Below are positions 41,632-51,062 of a stretch of DNA of 51,998 nt, piece by piece. The notes under the pieces were generated by a model. It saw nothing but the letters and a program-made list of their open reading frames with translations. It did no database searches and was not told the origin of the DNA. Numbering within the stretch: position 1 is the first letter of the stretch; each line of letters opens with the position of its first letter. Source of the stretch: Candidatus Omnitrophota bacterium (GTDB lineage: Bacteria; Omnitrophota; Gorgyraeia; Gygaellales; Profunditerraquicolaceae); assembly GCA_043798795.1 (NCBI GenBank), contig JAZDOJ010000033.1, positions 1 to 51,998 on the forward strand, read 5' to 3'. The position numbers were made by a program, and so were the translations under genes.

Positions 41632-42666
41632 ATGAGAGAAGCCTTATTGACTATTTTAATTTGCCCGAAGTGCAGGAATAACCTCTTGTCTTTGCAAAAA
41701 GAAGAGGTCAGTCCGTTTGAAATAATATCTGGTAAGATTATATGTGGTCATTGTGGTGTTGGTTTCGGGATATCGGAGGGCATCATTGATTTTCTAAGCG
41801 ACCCAAATGAATTTGTTATGCGCGAAAGAAAAGCGATGGATAATGAAGAATACATAACCGACGAAACGGGCCATAAATATAAAATCACGGATGAGACAAT
41901 ACAAAAATTTCAGGACAAGTTTCTCGCTCTTCCGGAAGGAGACGGTTCCTCTTTTTTTAAAAGGGGAGGCAGTTTCCAGACTATTGCTGAAGCTTCAGGC
42001 AGATTTTATTCCACCCTGGAGAACATGCACCTTACGGGTAATGAAAGAATACTTGAGATCGGCGCTGCTTTTGCCTCATTTTCTTATCAATTCGCCAAAA
42101 AAGGCTGCAGAGTTGTAGCTTTAGATATATCCAATTACCTGAAAGTATCGAAACTTTTTATTAAGGACGCCTTTTTTGACAGGATTTTTTCTGATATGCA
42201 TCATGTCCCCTTTAAGGATGACTCTTTTGACATAGTTTTTGGCGCAGCCGTGCTTCATCATAGCAAGGACCTTGGGGCAGCTTTCAGGGAGATCCACCGG
42301 GTCCTAAAGAAAGGCGGCAGGTTCGTTTTAATCAATGAAGTGTCCAGGGGTATCTTCGAGAAGATCCATCCCGTATTCGAAAAGATGCAAAACAAAGGTT
42401 ACGGCGATACCGCTTACACGATCCCGGAATGGAGAAGAAGCGCGCGGGAAGGAGGATTTAAAAAGACACGATTGGAATTCTTGTCTTTGGCGGATGATTA
42501 TATCACCCGGCACAAAAACAGGGATACGCCCCCTAATTTTAAAATAAAATTAGCGTCGTTCTTTACGAGGCATCGCAAGATAGAAAATATCCTGTTATTT
42601 ATGGGCATTTGGCATAGATGGCTTTTCAGGCCAAAAAGCTGGAAGCTGACGGGTTATAAATTTTGA
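41632..42666 (+). CDS. Class I SAM methyltransferase with N-terminal Trm112-like Zn domain
   Basis: LICPKCR...IICGHCG..F.I.EGI; ILEIGA, PFKDDSFDIVF..AVLHH, RVLKKGG. Confidence 0.83.
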   Translation: MREALLTILICPKCRNNLLSLQKEEVSPFEIISGKIICGHCGVGFGISEGIIDFLSDPNEFVMRERKAMDNEEYITDETGHKYKITDETIQKFQDKFLALPEGDGSSFFKRGGSFQTIAEASGRFYSTLENMHLTGNERILEIGAAFASFSYQFAKKGCRVVALDISNYLKVSKLFIKDAFFDRIFSDMHHVPFKDDSFDIVFGAAVLHHSKDLGAAFREIHRVLKKGGRFVLINEVSRGIFEKIHPVFEKMQNKGYGDTAYTIPEWRRSAREGGFKKTRLEFLSLADDYITRHKNRDTPPNFKIKLASFFTRHRKIENILLFMGIWHRWLFRPKSWKLTGYKF

Positions 42667-43394
42667 TGAAAACAAAGCAAGAATGCAGGATCATTCCTGA
42701 GGAAACTAATCCAAAATTCTTCTCTCAACAGCTTAAGGCGTATGAATTTGCCAGGCCAGGGGTATCCGGTAAAATAGTCTTGGATCTGGGTTGCGGAGAT
42801 GGTTATGGCGCCGCCTTTCTTGCTAAAGCCGCACAAGAAATCATTGCTATTGATTATGAAAAAGAGATTGTTGTGAAGGCGAGAAAGAAATACAACGCCC
42901 CTAATTTGAAGTTCGTGAGCATGGATGTGACGGACCTCGGTTTCAAAGATGAATCATTTGACACTCTTTGTTCATTTCAGGTCGTCGAGCATATTCCTGA
43001 AGAGAGATTATCCAGCTATTTCTTAGAGATTAAGCGCGTTCTAAAAAACGAAGGAGAATTTTACATTTCAACCCTAAATCTTGCGAATAATATAAAATCG
43101 CCGCTTACCTATAAGAGAGATCCGGCTCATTGCAAAGAATTTTATTTTGAAGAATTCAAAACTTTATTAGAGGGTGCCTTTGCAAATGTTCAAATTTATG
43201 GGCTTTATTTGACTCCCAGGCATAAGTTTTATTTGCGGTTAAAGAAGACGGGTATTTTTAATTCTTTTCCGCAATCCTTGAACCCCGTGAAGAGGTTTTA
43301 CGATAAAGTAACAACGAACGATTTCCGTGTTTTACCCATTAATAGTCAAAAGCCCATTGACTTCTTTGCTATATGCAAAAAATTGCTTAAGTGA
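42666..43394 (+). CDS. Class I SAM-dependent methyltransferase (ATG overlaps the upstream TGA)
   Basis: VLDLGCGDGYG, FDTLCSFQVVEHI, RVLK. Confidence 0.88.
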   Translation: MKTKQECRIIPEETNPKFFSQQLKAYEFARPGVSGKIVLDLGCGDGYGAAFLAKAAQEIIAIDYEKEIVVKARKKYNAPNLKFVSMDVTDLGFKDESFDTLCSFQVVEHIPEERLSSYFLEIKRVLKNEGEFYISTLNLANNIKSPLTYKRDPAHCKEFYFEEFKTLLEGAFANVQIYGLYLTPRHKFYLRLKKTGIFNSFPQSLNPVKRFYDKVTTNDFRVLPINSQKPIDFFAICKKLLK

Positions 43395-43399
43395 AAATA

Positions 43400-43786
43400 G
43401 ACATGAACGTTCTTTTTTGCGAATTTTGAAAAGACGACTTTTACAGATATGGATATCAAGAGAAAGAAAAATTGCTTTTAGATAAATATGAGTACTTTAG
43501 AGAGCCACCCTTAGACCAGGCAAAGAATACGAAAGAGGTCATCTTCAATTTGCATCTGTTGTTTTATAGATATCATGAGTTGGAGTATCTTTTATCCGCC
43601 TGCGGGCTTGAAGCTTCAAATATTTATACCAGTGTCTATGAAGGGCAAGGATTGTGGTTTTTGCTGCCCATCATCAGGTTCCAGGCCTGGCAAAAAGAAA
43701 TGCGCTCATTAAAAAAAGGCGGGTTAGATTATAAGAGAATTACTATTTGGTAGGCACCTGATTCTCAGGGTTCAAAAAACATAGGG
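43400..43786 (+). pseudogene. Probable methyltransferase C-terminal remnant
   Basis: 93-aa ORF without SAM motif or good start; a typical terminal strand LLFGRHLILRVQKT* continues in a shifted frame at ~43740-43784. Confidence 0.5.
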
Positions 43787-43808
43787 GACGTTTTATTTCT
43801 GTGAATAA

Positions 43809-45032
43809 ATGAAGAAACCATTGTTCGGTATTCTGACATTTTTAATTTTGATAGTAGTATTGTTCGGCGTGGGGGAGGTTTGTTTCAGGATCTTCCGGAA
43901 TGATCCGAATCCTTTGGCCGATATCACCCAGAAGGAAAAGACGCTTCTCTTTGCGCCTAATATAACCATGCGTAGCGTTTCCGATAAAGATGAGGATTTC
44001 AGTTACACGTCAAAGATAAACAAATTCGGCTACCGGGGTAAAGATTTTGGATTCCCGAAACCGAAGGGCACTTTCAGGATCTTTGTTGTCGGGGATTCTT
44101 TCACCTTTGGCGTAGGCAGCGAGGAAAACGAGACTATACCGTTTTTGATCGAAGAAAATTTGCGCTCACGATACAATAATATAGAGGTGATAAACGCCGG
44201 GATAGGCCATGCCTCGCCTATTACTCACTACCTCAACTTGAAAAATATCCACTTGAAGTATGAACCGGACCTGGTCATCTTATTGTTCGACTTGACAGAC
44301 CTCTGGGATGACTGGCATTCGGAAAGAAATGCCATCTTTGACAAAAAAGGCGAAATCGTTCGGTTTGACCCCATGTTTATAAACGGGAAAAGAGATTGGT
44401 GGATCACATGTACCTATTACAGCGCGTTCTGCCGTTATTTCAACAACAAGGTGGTCCGTTCCATCAAGAAGATGAAGACCCTCGGATTGAAAGAATATGC
44501 TTGTGCTATCAAAGAAGGAAAAAGGGCAAAAGCGGTTATCTCTACCTCCATTGGCAAGGTGTCGGATGAAGATGTGATAGAATACGATGGGCTCCTGATG
44601 ATGCGAGGAATAGAAAAGGAAGGGCTGATCAGAAAGCACTGGGAAAGGACAGCCCGCTATCTTGCCAAAATTAGGGACCTGTTAAACGAAAAGGGAATCC
44701 CATTGGTCATCGTCATGTATCCTCATGGAATCTATCTGGAAGGAAATCAGTGGGAAAAAGGCAGAGTCACCTGGGGTTTTGAAGAAGGTAAAGTCTACAG
44801 AGACTATCTTCCCTTTGAGATCATGAAAGAATTTTGCGGCCGGGAAAATATCCTTTTTATCAACACCCTGGACGATTTCCTGAAAGCGGATGTCAGAAGA
44901 TATTTTTATGACTGGGATGGACACATGACCCCGGCGGGCCACCGGATCGCTGCACGCTCCGTAGTTTCAAACCAGAAATTCAAGGATATTCTGTCAACGG
45001 CTGGCCAGTTTGAAGATAAAAGCCACTTTTAA
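43809..45032 (+). CDS. Membrane-anchored SGNH/GDSL hydrolase family protein
   Basis: N-terminal TM, GDSFTFG (block I), VINAGI, DGHMTPAGH (D-x-H block V). Confidence 0.85.
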   Translation: MKKPLFGILTFLILIVVLFGVGEVCFRIFRNDPNPLADITQKEKTLLFAPNITMRSVSDKDEDFSYTSKINKFGYRGKDFGFPKPKGTFRIFVVGDSFTFGVGSEENETIPFLIEENLRSRYNNIEVINAGIGHASPITHYLNLKNIHLKYEPDLVILLFDLTDLWDDWHSERNAIFDKKGEIVRFDPMFINGKRDWWITCTYYSAFCRYFNNKVVRSIKKMKTLGLKEYACAIKEGKRAKAVISTSIGKVSDEDVIEYDGLLMMRGIEKEGLIRKHWERTARYLAKIRDLLNEKGIPLVIVMYPHGIYLEGNQWEKGRVTWGFEEGKVYRDYLPFEIMKEFCGRENILFINTLDDFLKADVRRYFYDWDGHMTPAGHRIAARSVVSNQKFKDILSTAGQFEDKSHF

Positions 45033-46429
45033 TGAAAATTTCGCTTGTCTATCCGCCAAGCCAGGAATTAAACCTTAAGGGTTACCCTCTGGGCCTGGCG
45101 TACATATCCGCTTCCTTAAAGAAAAACCATAAAGTGGATATATACGACTACAACGGTCGCGCGTTTAGTAAGAGCCTCCATGCGTTTTTCTCCTGCCTTA
45201 AAGCCACAAAACCGGACCTGGTCGGCATTTCCTTTAACTCCTTTAACCGCTGGGGCGCGTATAAGCTCATTGAAAAGATTAAAAAGATCAACAGGAAAAC
45301 CCTGGTTGTTTTAGGAGGCGTGCATCCTTCTACTATGGTTCAACAAATTTTTCAGCATTTTTATGAGAAGATCGATTTTGTAATTCAAAGCGAAGGCGAC
45401 CAGTCCTTTCGCAGGTTGTGTGATGCCCTGGAAAGAAATGAGGACTACAGAAATATTAGCGGGTTGGTCTATAAGGAAGGAGAAAAAGGTTTTAAGGCAA
45501 ACCCGGTCACGGACGTGATCGGGGATCTTGACACCTTGCCCTTGCCGGACTATTCCTATGCCTCCCAAAAGATCCAAATCAATGAATTTGGTTATCTTAT
45601 TACTTCCCGCGGCTGTCCTGTCAATTGCTCATTTTGCTCCACCTCAACATTTTGGGGTCAAAGAATCAGGATGAATTCGCCGGAAAGGGTCGGGGAAGAG
45701 GTCGATTACGTTAAGAGTTTAGGCGCCAGGCGATTTTTCTTCTATGACGACACTTTCAATTTAGGTATCGAAAGGACTATTAAATTAGCAGAGATACTAA
45801 AACAGAAGAATATCGAGTATGCGGTTTCCTGCCGGGTCAGGCCAGTTAACGAAGAAATGGTAGCCAAATTAGTGGAATCAGGTTGCAGGCATATTACCTG
45901 GGGAGTGGAGAGCTTGTCGGATAAGATCTTAAAAACCATAGACAAGAAGATCACCAAAGAAGAAGTGAAGAACGCCTTTGATATTTGCGCAAAATATGCG
46001 GACAAACTTACAACCGGAGCTTTTTTCTGTGTGGGGGTACCTGGGGAAACGGAAGAAACAATTAATGAATCAATTGAATATTTAAATAAGTATATCAAGT
46101 CGACTCATGGGCCCGGAGCCTCCATACTTTATATCCTTCCGGGAACAAGGGTCTATAGAGATTTGGTCAAAAACGGCAAATTTGACGAAAGGATATGGTT
46201 AAAAACCGACTCTGTTTATTATTATACAGGGGAACATAGCATGAAAACCCTCAACAGCTGGCGGAAAAGAATCAATAGGAGCGGAATAAGACTGTCGACC
46301 TCCCTTAGAAATCTTTTGGATTACGCATTAGAAGGAGAAAAGGAAAATTTAGGGCCTGTCAGAAAAAGGATTCGCAGAACGCGACACAAGATAAGCCGAT
46401 TTATCAATATGATGCGCCACAGGTATTAA
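45032..46429 (+). CDS. B12-binding radical SAM protein (class B methylase-like)
   Basis: PLGLAYI, GGVHPS, EGD; TSRGCPVNCSFC (CxxxCxxC), DDTF, GVES, PGET. Confidence 0.9.
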   Translation: MKISLVYPPSQELNLKGYPLGLAYISASLKKNHKVDIYDYNGRAFSKSLHAFFSCLKATKPDLVGISFNSFNRWGAYKLIEKIKKINRKTLVVLGGVHPSTMVQQIFQHFYEKIDFVIQSEGDQSFRRLCDALERNEDYRNISGLVYKEGEKGFKANPVTDVIGDLDTLPLPDYSYASQKIQINEFGYLITSRGCPVNCSFCSTSTFWGQRIRMNSPERVGEEVDYVKSLGARRFFFYDDTFNLGIERTIKLAEILKQKNIEYAVSCRVRPVNEEMVAKLVESGCRHITWGVESLSDKILKTIDKKITKEEVKNAFDICAKYADKLTTGAFFCVGVPGETEETINESIEYLNKYIKSTHGPGASILYILPGTRVYRDLVKNGKFDERIWLKTDSVYYYTGEHSMKTLNSWRKRINRSGIRLSTSLRNLLDYALEGEKENLGPVRKRIRRTRHKISRFINMMRHRY

Positions 46430-46487
46430 CTTAAAAAATTAATTTCTGCAATCAATAAACAAACCTGAGACTGAGCCTTGACATAAG

Positions 46488-47405
46488 ATGTCCTCTCGAC
46501 AAAAATATCCCGCATACCTGCCTTTCTATTGGTTTGTTTTCCTTATTCTTCGAAAGCTGATACGTCAAGGCCTAGTACGATATCTGGAAGCAAGGGCTAA
46601 AAAAAGGCCCCAAAATCCGGAATTTCAAGATGGGGCTGGAAAATGGAGTAAGGAAGACGAATTTAAAAATCCGGTTGGTTTTATTAATAAGCCGGCTTTC
46701 TGGATGGATGAAGATTTTAACGATCTCTCTATTAAAGAGGTGGTAGGGCAAATGCGTTTTTTAAAAATCCAGTTAAACGCTAAGCACCTTCGTTATTGCT
46801 CTCCTGCCGGGACATTTAATCCGAATACCTATACCGAGAGCGCTGAGAAGATAAAAACATGGGAGAACGCATGGGCCATCTGTCATTCTTCGATTCGGCC
46901 TAAAGATATGGTCCTTGACTTAGGAGGGGCCTCGACGCTCTTAAGTTTCTATTTAGCAAGCATAAAATGCCGGGTGCGCATCATCGATAATGACTGGGGA
47001 AACTGCGGGAGTATTTATAACACTCATTATGTCGCAAAGATAATGAATTGGGATATAAGAGCCCATGACCGCGACCTGAGCCAGGTCCTTCCTTTTAAAG
47101 GCAATTTCTTTGACCGGGTGTTCTCCATTTGTGTTCTTGAGCACCTTTCTTGCGAAGTGAGAAGGTTTATGATGAGAGAAGTAGGCCGGGTGCTTAAGGA
47201 GGGGGGGATTGCTGCTTTGACGTTTGATTACGGCTCTGACCGTAATGGTTTATTGTCAGATAAGGGATTGCGTTTTGCATTCCGCGATAAAATCGAGCGC
47301 GATGTCATCCAGCCATCCGGTTTAAAGGTGCTTGGAAACCTTGATTGGGTTGATTTTATCTCTCAAAAAGGCTTTGTGGGTGGTGCCTTGTTTTTAAAAA
47401 AGTAG
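46488..47405 (+). CDS. Class I SAM-dependent methyltransferase
   Basis: VLDLGGA, LPFKGNFFDRVFSICVLEHL, RVLKEGG. Confidence 0.83.
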   Translation: MSSRQKYPAYLPFYWFVFLILRKLIRQGLVRYLEARAKKRPQNPEFQDGAGKWSKEDEFKNPVGFINKPAFWMDEDFNDLSIKEVVGQMRFLKIQLNAKHLRYCSPAGTFNPNTYTESAEKIKTWENAWAICHSSIRPKDMVLDLGGASTLLSFYLASIKCRVRIIDNDWGNCGSIYNTHYVAKIMNWDIRAHDRDLSQVLPFKGNFFDRVFSICVLEHLSCEVRRFMMREVGRVLKEGGIAALTFDYGSDRNGLLSDKGLRFAFRDKIERDVIQPSGLKVLGNLDWVDFISQKGFVGGALFLKK

Positions 47406-47434
47406 GCTTAAGGTAACTATTTGGGAAATAATCG

Positions 47435-47466
47435 AAGGGCGCGAAGATCCGCGCCCTTTTATATTT
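47435..47466 (+). terminator. Rho-independent terminator
   Basis: Stem AAGGGCGCG/CGCGCCCTT with 6-nt loop, followed by a T-rich tract. Confidence 0.8.
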
Positions 47467-47530
47467 GGTTATAGTAAATAACTGTTGACAAGTCTTAGTT
47501 TGTTTGGTATACGTATGGTTATCGTAAATA
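47466..47530 (+). promoter_or_regulatory. sigma70-type promoter bracketed by 15-bp direct repeats
   Basis: TTGACA 47485-47490, 17 bp, TGnTATACG; TGGTTATAGTAAATA (47466-47480) and TGGTTATCGTAAATA (47516-47530). Confidence 0.65.
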
Positions 47531-47548
47531 TGCTAAGAGGAGGTCAAA

Positions 47549-47773
47549 ATGGCAAAGGATAAAGAGATAATGACTGCCAAAGAAGTAGCTGAGTATCTCA
47601 ATATCCATCCTCTCACCGTGCACAGGTATGCGCGCGAAGGCCGGATACCCGCTTTTAAGATCGGCACGGACTGGAGGTTTCACAAGAAGTATATTGAGAG
47701 GTGGATAAGAGAAAAATCTGTCTATAACAGCGAAAACAAAGAACGCAGGAAGTCGGTTTTAGGCAAAGATTAA
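47549..47773 (+). CDS. Excisionase/BldC-like winged HTH DNA-binding protein (HTH_17)
   Basis: IMTAKEVAEYL, TVHRYAREGRIPAFKIGTDWRF; SD AGGAGG. Confidence 0.88.
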   Translation: MAKDKEIMTAKEVAEYLNIHPLTVHRYAREGRIPAFKIGTDWRFHKKYIERWIREKSVYNSENKERRKSVLGKD

Positions 47774-47783
47774 TTTAAATACC

Positions 47784-48812
47784 ATGGAAAAGTATGCTTT
47801 TATAGTCAGCCCCATAAACGCCTGCCAGCTTAAGAAGCTCTGGCCAGCTTTCCGGTTCATTCCGTCCATATTTATTAAGATTCTATCAGGAGCCTTGCCC
47901 CGCCTTAAGGTCTTGCGGATCAAGGCCATAAGGTCAAACAAGGGGAAGAATGTCCAAGGCCACCTTATCATTTCATCATTATTATCCCAGCAGGTGTCTT
48001 CATTATCGCGGGAGGAGCTCGTATTCGACAGGGTGATTTCTGCTGGTCATCTGGCGGAGAAGCTTGATGCAAAGATCGCGGGATTAGATTGTTTTGCAGC
48101 CCTGGCCGCAGATAAAGGATACGAAACCATCGTTAAAAGTTTAAAGATACCCGTTACCAGCGGCCACGCGCTGACGGCGTGGTCCGTATTTGAAGGGGTG
48201 TACAGGATAGCCAAAGCCAGAAAGATGGACTTGAAGCGAGCGCAGGTGGCCATTATCGGCGCAGCAAGCACGGCTTTGGGCCTTGTTGCCAGAAAACTAT
48301 CCGATTACGTAGCCAAAATCACATTGACGGACAGGGAAACGGCTGAACTGGTGAAGCTTAAGACCCTCATTCTGACCCACGCGAACATAGAGGTGGTTAT
48401 TGAGAATGACGCTGGCCGTGCTGTCAAGGAAGCGGATATCGTGATTAAGGCCAGTTGCCTGGAGGAATCCCCGGAAGATTTCAATTTGCAGAATTTAAAA
48501 GCAGGTTGCGTATTTTGCCATATTCCTTCTTTTTACAACGGGTTTGACAGGTCCCGACTGAAGGATGATGTTGCATTTGCGCAGTTGGGCTTGATTAAAT
48601 TGCCTTTTAACCAGCACCTGGGGGTTTATGCAGGGCTTCCCCGGGGCACCATCTATGCCTCTTTGGCTGAAACAATGCTTTTGGCTCTGGATGAGAAATT
48701 CGTTAATTATTCTCTGGGTGATTATGTTAATCTGGACAAGCTGGAGGAGATTGCGGATTTAGCCGTGCAGCACGGATTTGAGGTTTGGGTGCCCGAGGCG
48801 CCCCTTATTTAA
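47784..48812 (+). CDS. Acyl-ACP-reductase-like/COG5322-like Rossmann protein with degenerate motifs
   Basis: Layout YAFIVSP...IRS.KG..VQG...AEKLDAKIAGL...PVTSG..LT...IYASLAETM..AL...YSLG...AVQHGF recognised by eye. Confidence 0.65.
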   Translation: MEKYAFIVSPINACQLKKLWPAFRFIPSIFIKILSGALPRLKVLRIKAIRSNKGKNVQGHLIISSLLSQQVSSLSREELVFDRVISAGHLAEKLDAKIAGLDCFAALAADKGYETIVKSLKIPVTSGHALTAWSVFEGVYRIAKARKMDLKRAQVAIIGAASTALGLVARKLSDYVAKITLTDRETAELVKLKTLILTHANIEVVIENDAGRAVKEADIVIKASCLEESPEDFNLQNLKAGCVFCHIPSFYNGFDRSRLKDDVAFAQLGLIKLPFNQHLGVYAGLPRGTIYASLAETMLLALDEKFVNYSLGDYVNLDKLEEIADLAVQHGFEVWVPEAPLI

Positions 48813-48817
48813 AACAT

Positions 48818-50041
48818 ATGGAAACTGTCATAACAGGAATCGGGGTTATAGCAGCTAACGGCATAGGCAAAGATAAATTCTGGCAGAGCCTTGAAGAAGG
48901 AAGGAATGCCGTGGCTGATATCCGTTCGTTTGAGACAGAACGGTTTACCGTGAAGCAGGCTGCGGAGATAAAAGACTTTGACCCCAAGCAGCTCCTGGGT
49001 ATCAAGGGCCTGAGAAACCTTGACCGGGGCACGCTTTTTTTACTGGGGGCTGCCAAGCTTTGTCTGGAGGATGCCCAATTGGAAATAAACGAGGCCAACA
49101 CAGACCAGATAGGTGTTTGCACAGGTACCACGTTTCCGCATCTATCGTCCATAGTCGAATTCGACAAGGAAGTTTTTAAAGAGGGGATTGATTTTGCCAA
49201 CCCAGCGCTTTTTCCATCCACCGTGATTAATGCAGCCTCAAGCCAGGTTTCCATCCGGCATAATATTCAGGGGTTTAACACGACGCTAAGTACCGGTTAT
49301 ACGTCTAGCCTTGAATCCCTGATTTACAGTATGAATGCATTGGATACGGACAAGGTAGAGATTGTGCTTTGTGCATCTGTCGAGTCTCTTATTTTTTCCT
49401 TATTTTTCGGTTTTCAAAAATTAGGGTATATGGCGGGCCTCAAAGGAGCGGTTTTAAGTTGCCCTTTTGACAAGAGAAGGAACGGGCCCCTTCTGGGAGA
49501 GGCAGCGGTTATGTTTTGCCTGGAGGAGAGCCTTAGGGCTAAACAAAGAAAAGCCAAAATATACGCAAAAGTCAGGGGCGCGTCTTCTTATTTTGATGCC
49601 TTTCAAATGGGTAAGGTGCACCCGCAGGGAGAGGGGCTAGAGGAGGCTGTGAAAAAGGCTCTGGATGAAGCCGGAGTAGAACCAGGGGAAATTGACTATA
49701 TCTCCAGCTGCGCAAATTCTTCGCCAAGCGTTGATAAGATCGAGGTCAAGGTTCTAAAAAAGGTCTTCGGCAGCCAACTTAAGAATATTCCGGTGAGCTC
49801 CATCAAGTCCATGCTCGGTGAGACATTCTCGGCTTCCGGCGCCTTGCAGATAACTTCCTGCATCGGAGCTTTTGTCAAGGGCGTGGTACCGCCCACGATA
49901 AATTTTCAGGAGAAAGATCCGGATTGCGATATTGACTGCGTGCCGAACAAAAGCATCAAAAAGGATGTGAATCTGGCACTGGTCACGAGTTTCGGGCCAG
50001 GCGGTTACAACAGTGCCTGCGTGTTGGAGAAGTATAATTAA
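48818..50041 (+). CDS. Non-catalytic beta-ketoacyl synthase (chain-length-factor-like)
   Basis: VITGIGVI, PFDKRRNG, GEAA, SSIKSMLGE, VPPTIN; Cys-His-His triad replaced by Tyr-Cys-Glu. Confidence 0.85.
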   Translation: METVITGIGVIAANGIGKDKFWQSLEEGRNAVADIRSFETERFTVKQAAEIKDFDPKQLLGIKGLRNLDRGTLFLLGAAKLCLEDAQLEINEANTDQIGVCTGTTFPHLSSIVEFDKEVFKEGIDFANPALFPSTVINAASSQVSIRHNIQGFNTTLSTGYTSSLESLIYSMNALDTDKVEIVLCASVESLIFSLFFGFQKLGYMAGLKGAVLSCPFDKRRNGPLLGEAAVMFCLEESLRAKQRKAKIYAKVRGASSYFDAFQMGKVHPQGEGLEEAVKKALDEAGVEPGEIDYISSCANSSPSVDKIEVKVLKKVFGSQLKNIPVSSIKSMLGETFSASGALQITSCIGAFVKGVVPPTINFQEKDPDCDIDCVPNKSIKKDVNLALVTSFGPGGYNSACVLEKYN

Positions 50042-50042
50042 A

Positions 50043-50789
50043 ATGAAAGAATTCAACGGAAAAACAGTCATCATAACCGGCGGCTCGCGGGGAATCGGCA
50101 GGGCCTGCTGCCTGGCGTTCGCCAGAGAAGGGGCCAGTATCGTTTTTAATTATCATAAGAGCAAAGCCGAGGCCGATGTCCTGGCTAAGCAGATAAAAGA
50201 TTTGGGCGCAGGATGCCTTTACGAGCAGGTCGATGTTAAGGATTATAACCAGTGCCGAGGCCTAATAGAAAAGGCCCTGAAGAGATTCAAAAAAATAGAC
50301 GTTTTGATAAACAATGCCGGTATCACCCGCGATAAGGCATTATTCTTGATGTTGCCGGAAGACTGGCGGCAGGTTTTGGAAACGAATTTAGGAGGTGTCT
50401 TTAATATGACGCGCGCCTCCATCACGACCCTCATGAAACAAAAAAGCGGCTGTATCATCAACATGAGTTCAGTCAGCGGCATCACAGGAGTAGCCCGCCA
50501 GACCAATTACAGCGCCTCCAAAGCCGGCATCATAGGGTTTACCAGGGCGCTGGCAAAAGAGGTGGCCGCGTATAACATCAGGGTCAATGTGGTTTGCCCC
50601 GGATTCATCAGCACCGATATGGTGCATGCGTTAAAGGAAGATATCAAAAAAAATATTCTGGATTCGATTCTGGTCAAAAGGTTGGGCGAGCCCCAGGAGG
50701 TCGCTAGCGTTTGTCTATTTCTCGCTTCCTCCCGCAGCCGGTATATCACCGGCCAGACGCTTAAGGTGGACGGAGGCCTGAGTCTCTAA
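50043..50789 (+). CDS. fabG: 3-oxoacyl-ACP reductase
   Basis: TGGSRGIG, NNAGITRD, NYSASKAG, PGFISTDM, ITGQ..VDGG. Confidence 0.92.
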   Translation: MKEFNGKTVIITGGSRGIGRACCLAFAREGASIVFNYHKSKAEADVLAKQIKDLGAGCLYEQVDVKDYNQCRGLIEKALKRFKKIDVLINNAGITRDKALFLMLPEDWRQVLETNLGGVFNMTRASITTLMKQKSGCIINMSSVSGITGVARQTNYSASKAGIIGFTRALAKEVAAYNIRVNVVCPGFISTDMVHALKEDIKKNILDSILVKRLGEPQEVASVCLFLASSRSRYITGQTLKVDGGLSL

Positions 50790-50803
50790 AGATAGGAGAA
50801 AAA

Positions 50804-51061
50804 ATGGTAAAAAAAATTAATCCCGAGGAAATGAAAAAAGAAGTCATGCAGTTAGTTTCCGAAATCACCGAGATCCCTCCCGGCGAGCTCAAGGAGGATG
50901 CTCGGTTCACCGAAGACCTGGGTGTGGACAGCATGATGGCCCTGGAAATCGTGGCCAGCATAGAGAAGAAATATAAAGTGGTGATTCCGGAGGACCAGAT
51001 TCCCACGGTACGAACCCTTCAGAATATATATGAATTGCTGGGCAAACTGGTGAAAAATTAA
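50804..51061 (+). CDS. Acyl carrier protein
   Basis: DLGVDSMMALEI phosphopantetheine Ser motif; 85 aa acidic. Confidence 0.93.
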   Translation: MVKKINPEEMKKEVMQLVSEITEIPPGELKEDARFTEDLGVDSMMALEIVASIEKKYKVVIPEDQIPTVRTLQNIYELLGKLVKN

Positions 51062-51062
51062 T

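Noticed and set aside
47549-47773. Excisionase as evidence of a prophage or ICE
   Set aside because: No integrase, att site or phage genes nearby, and the gene is operonic with fab-like genes.
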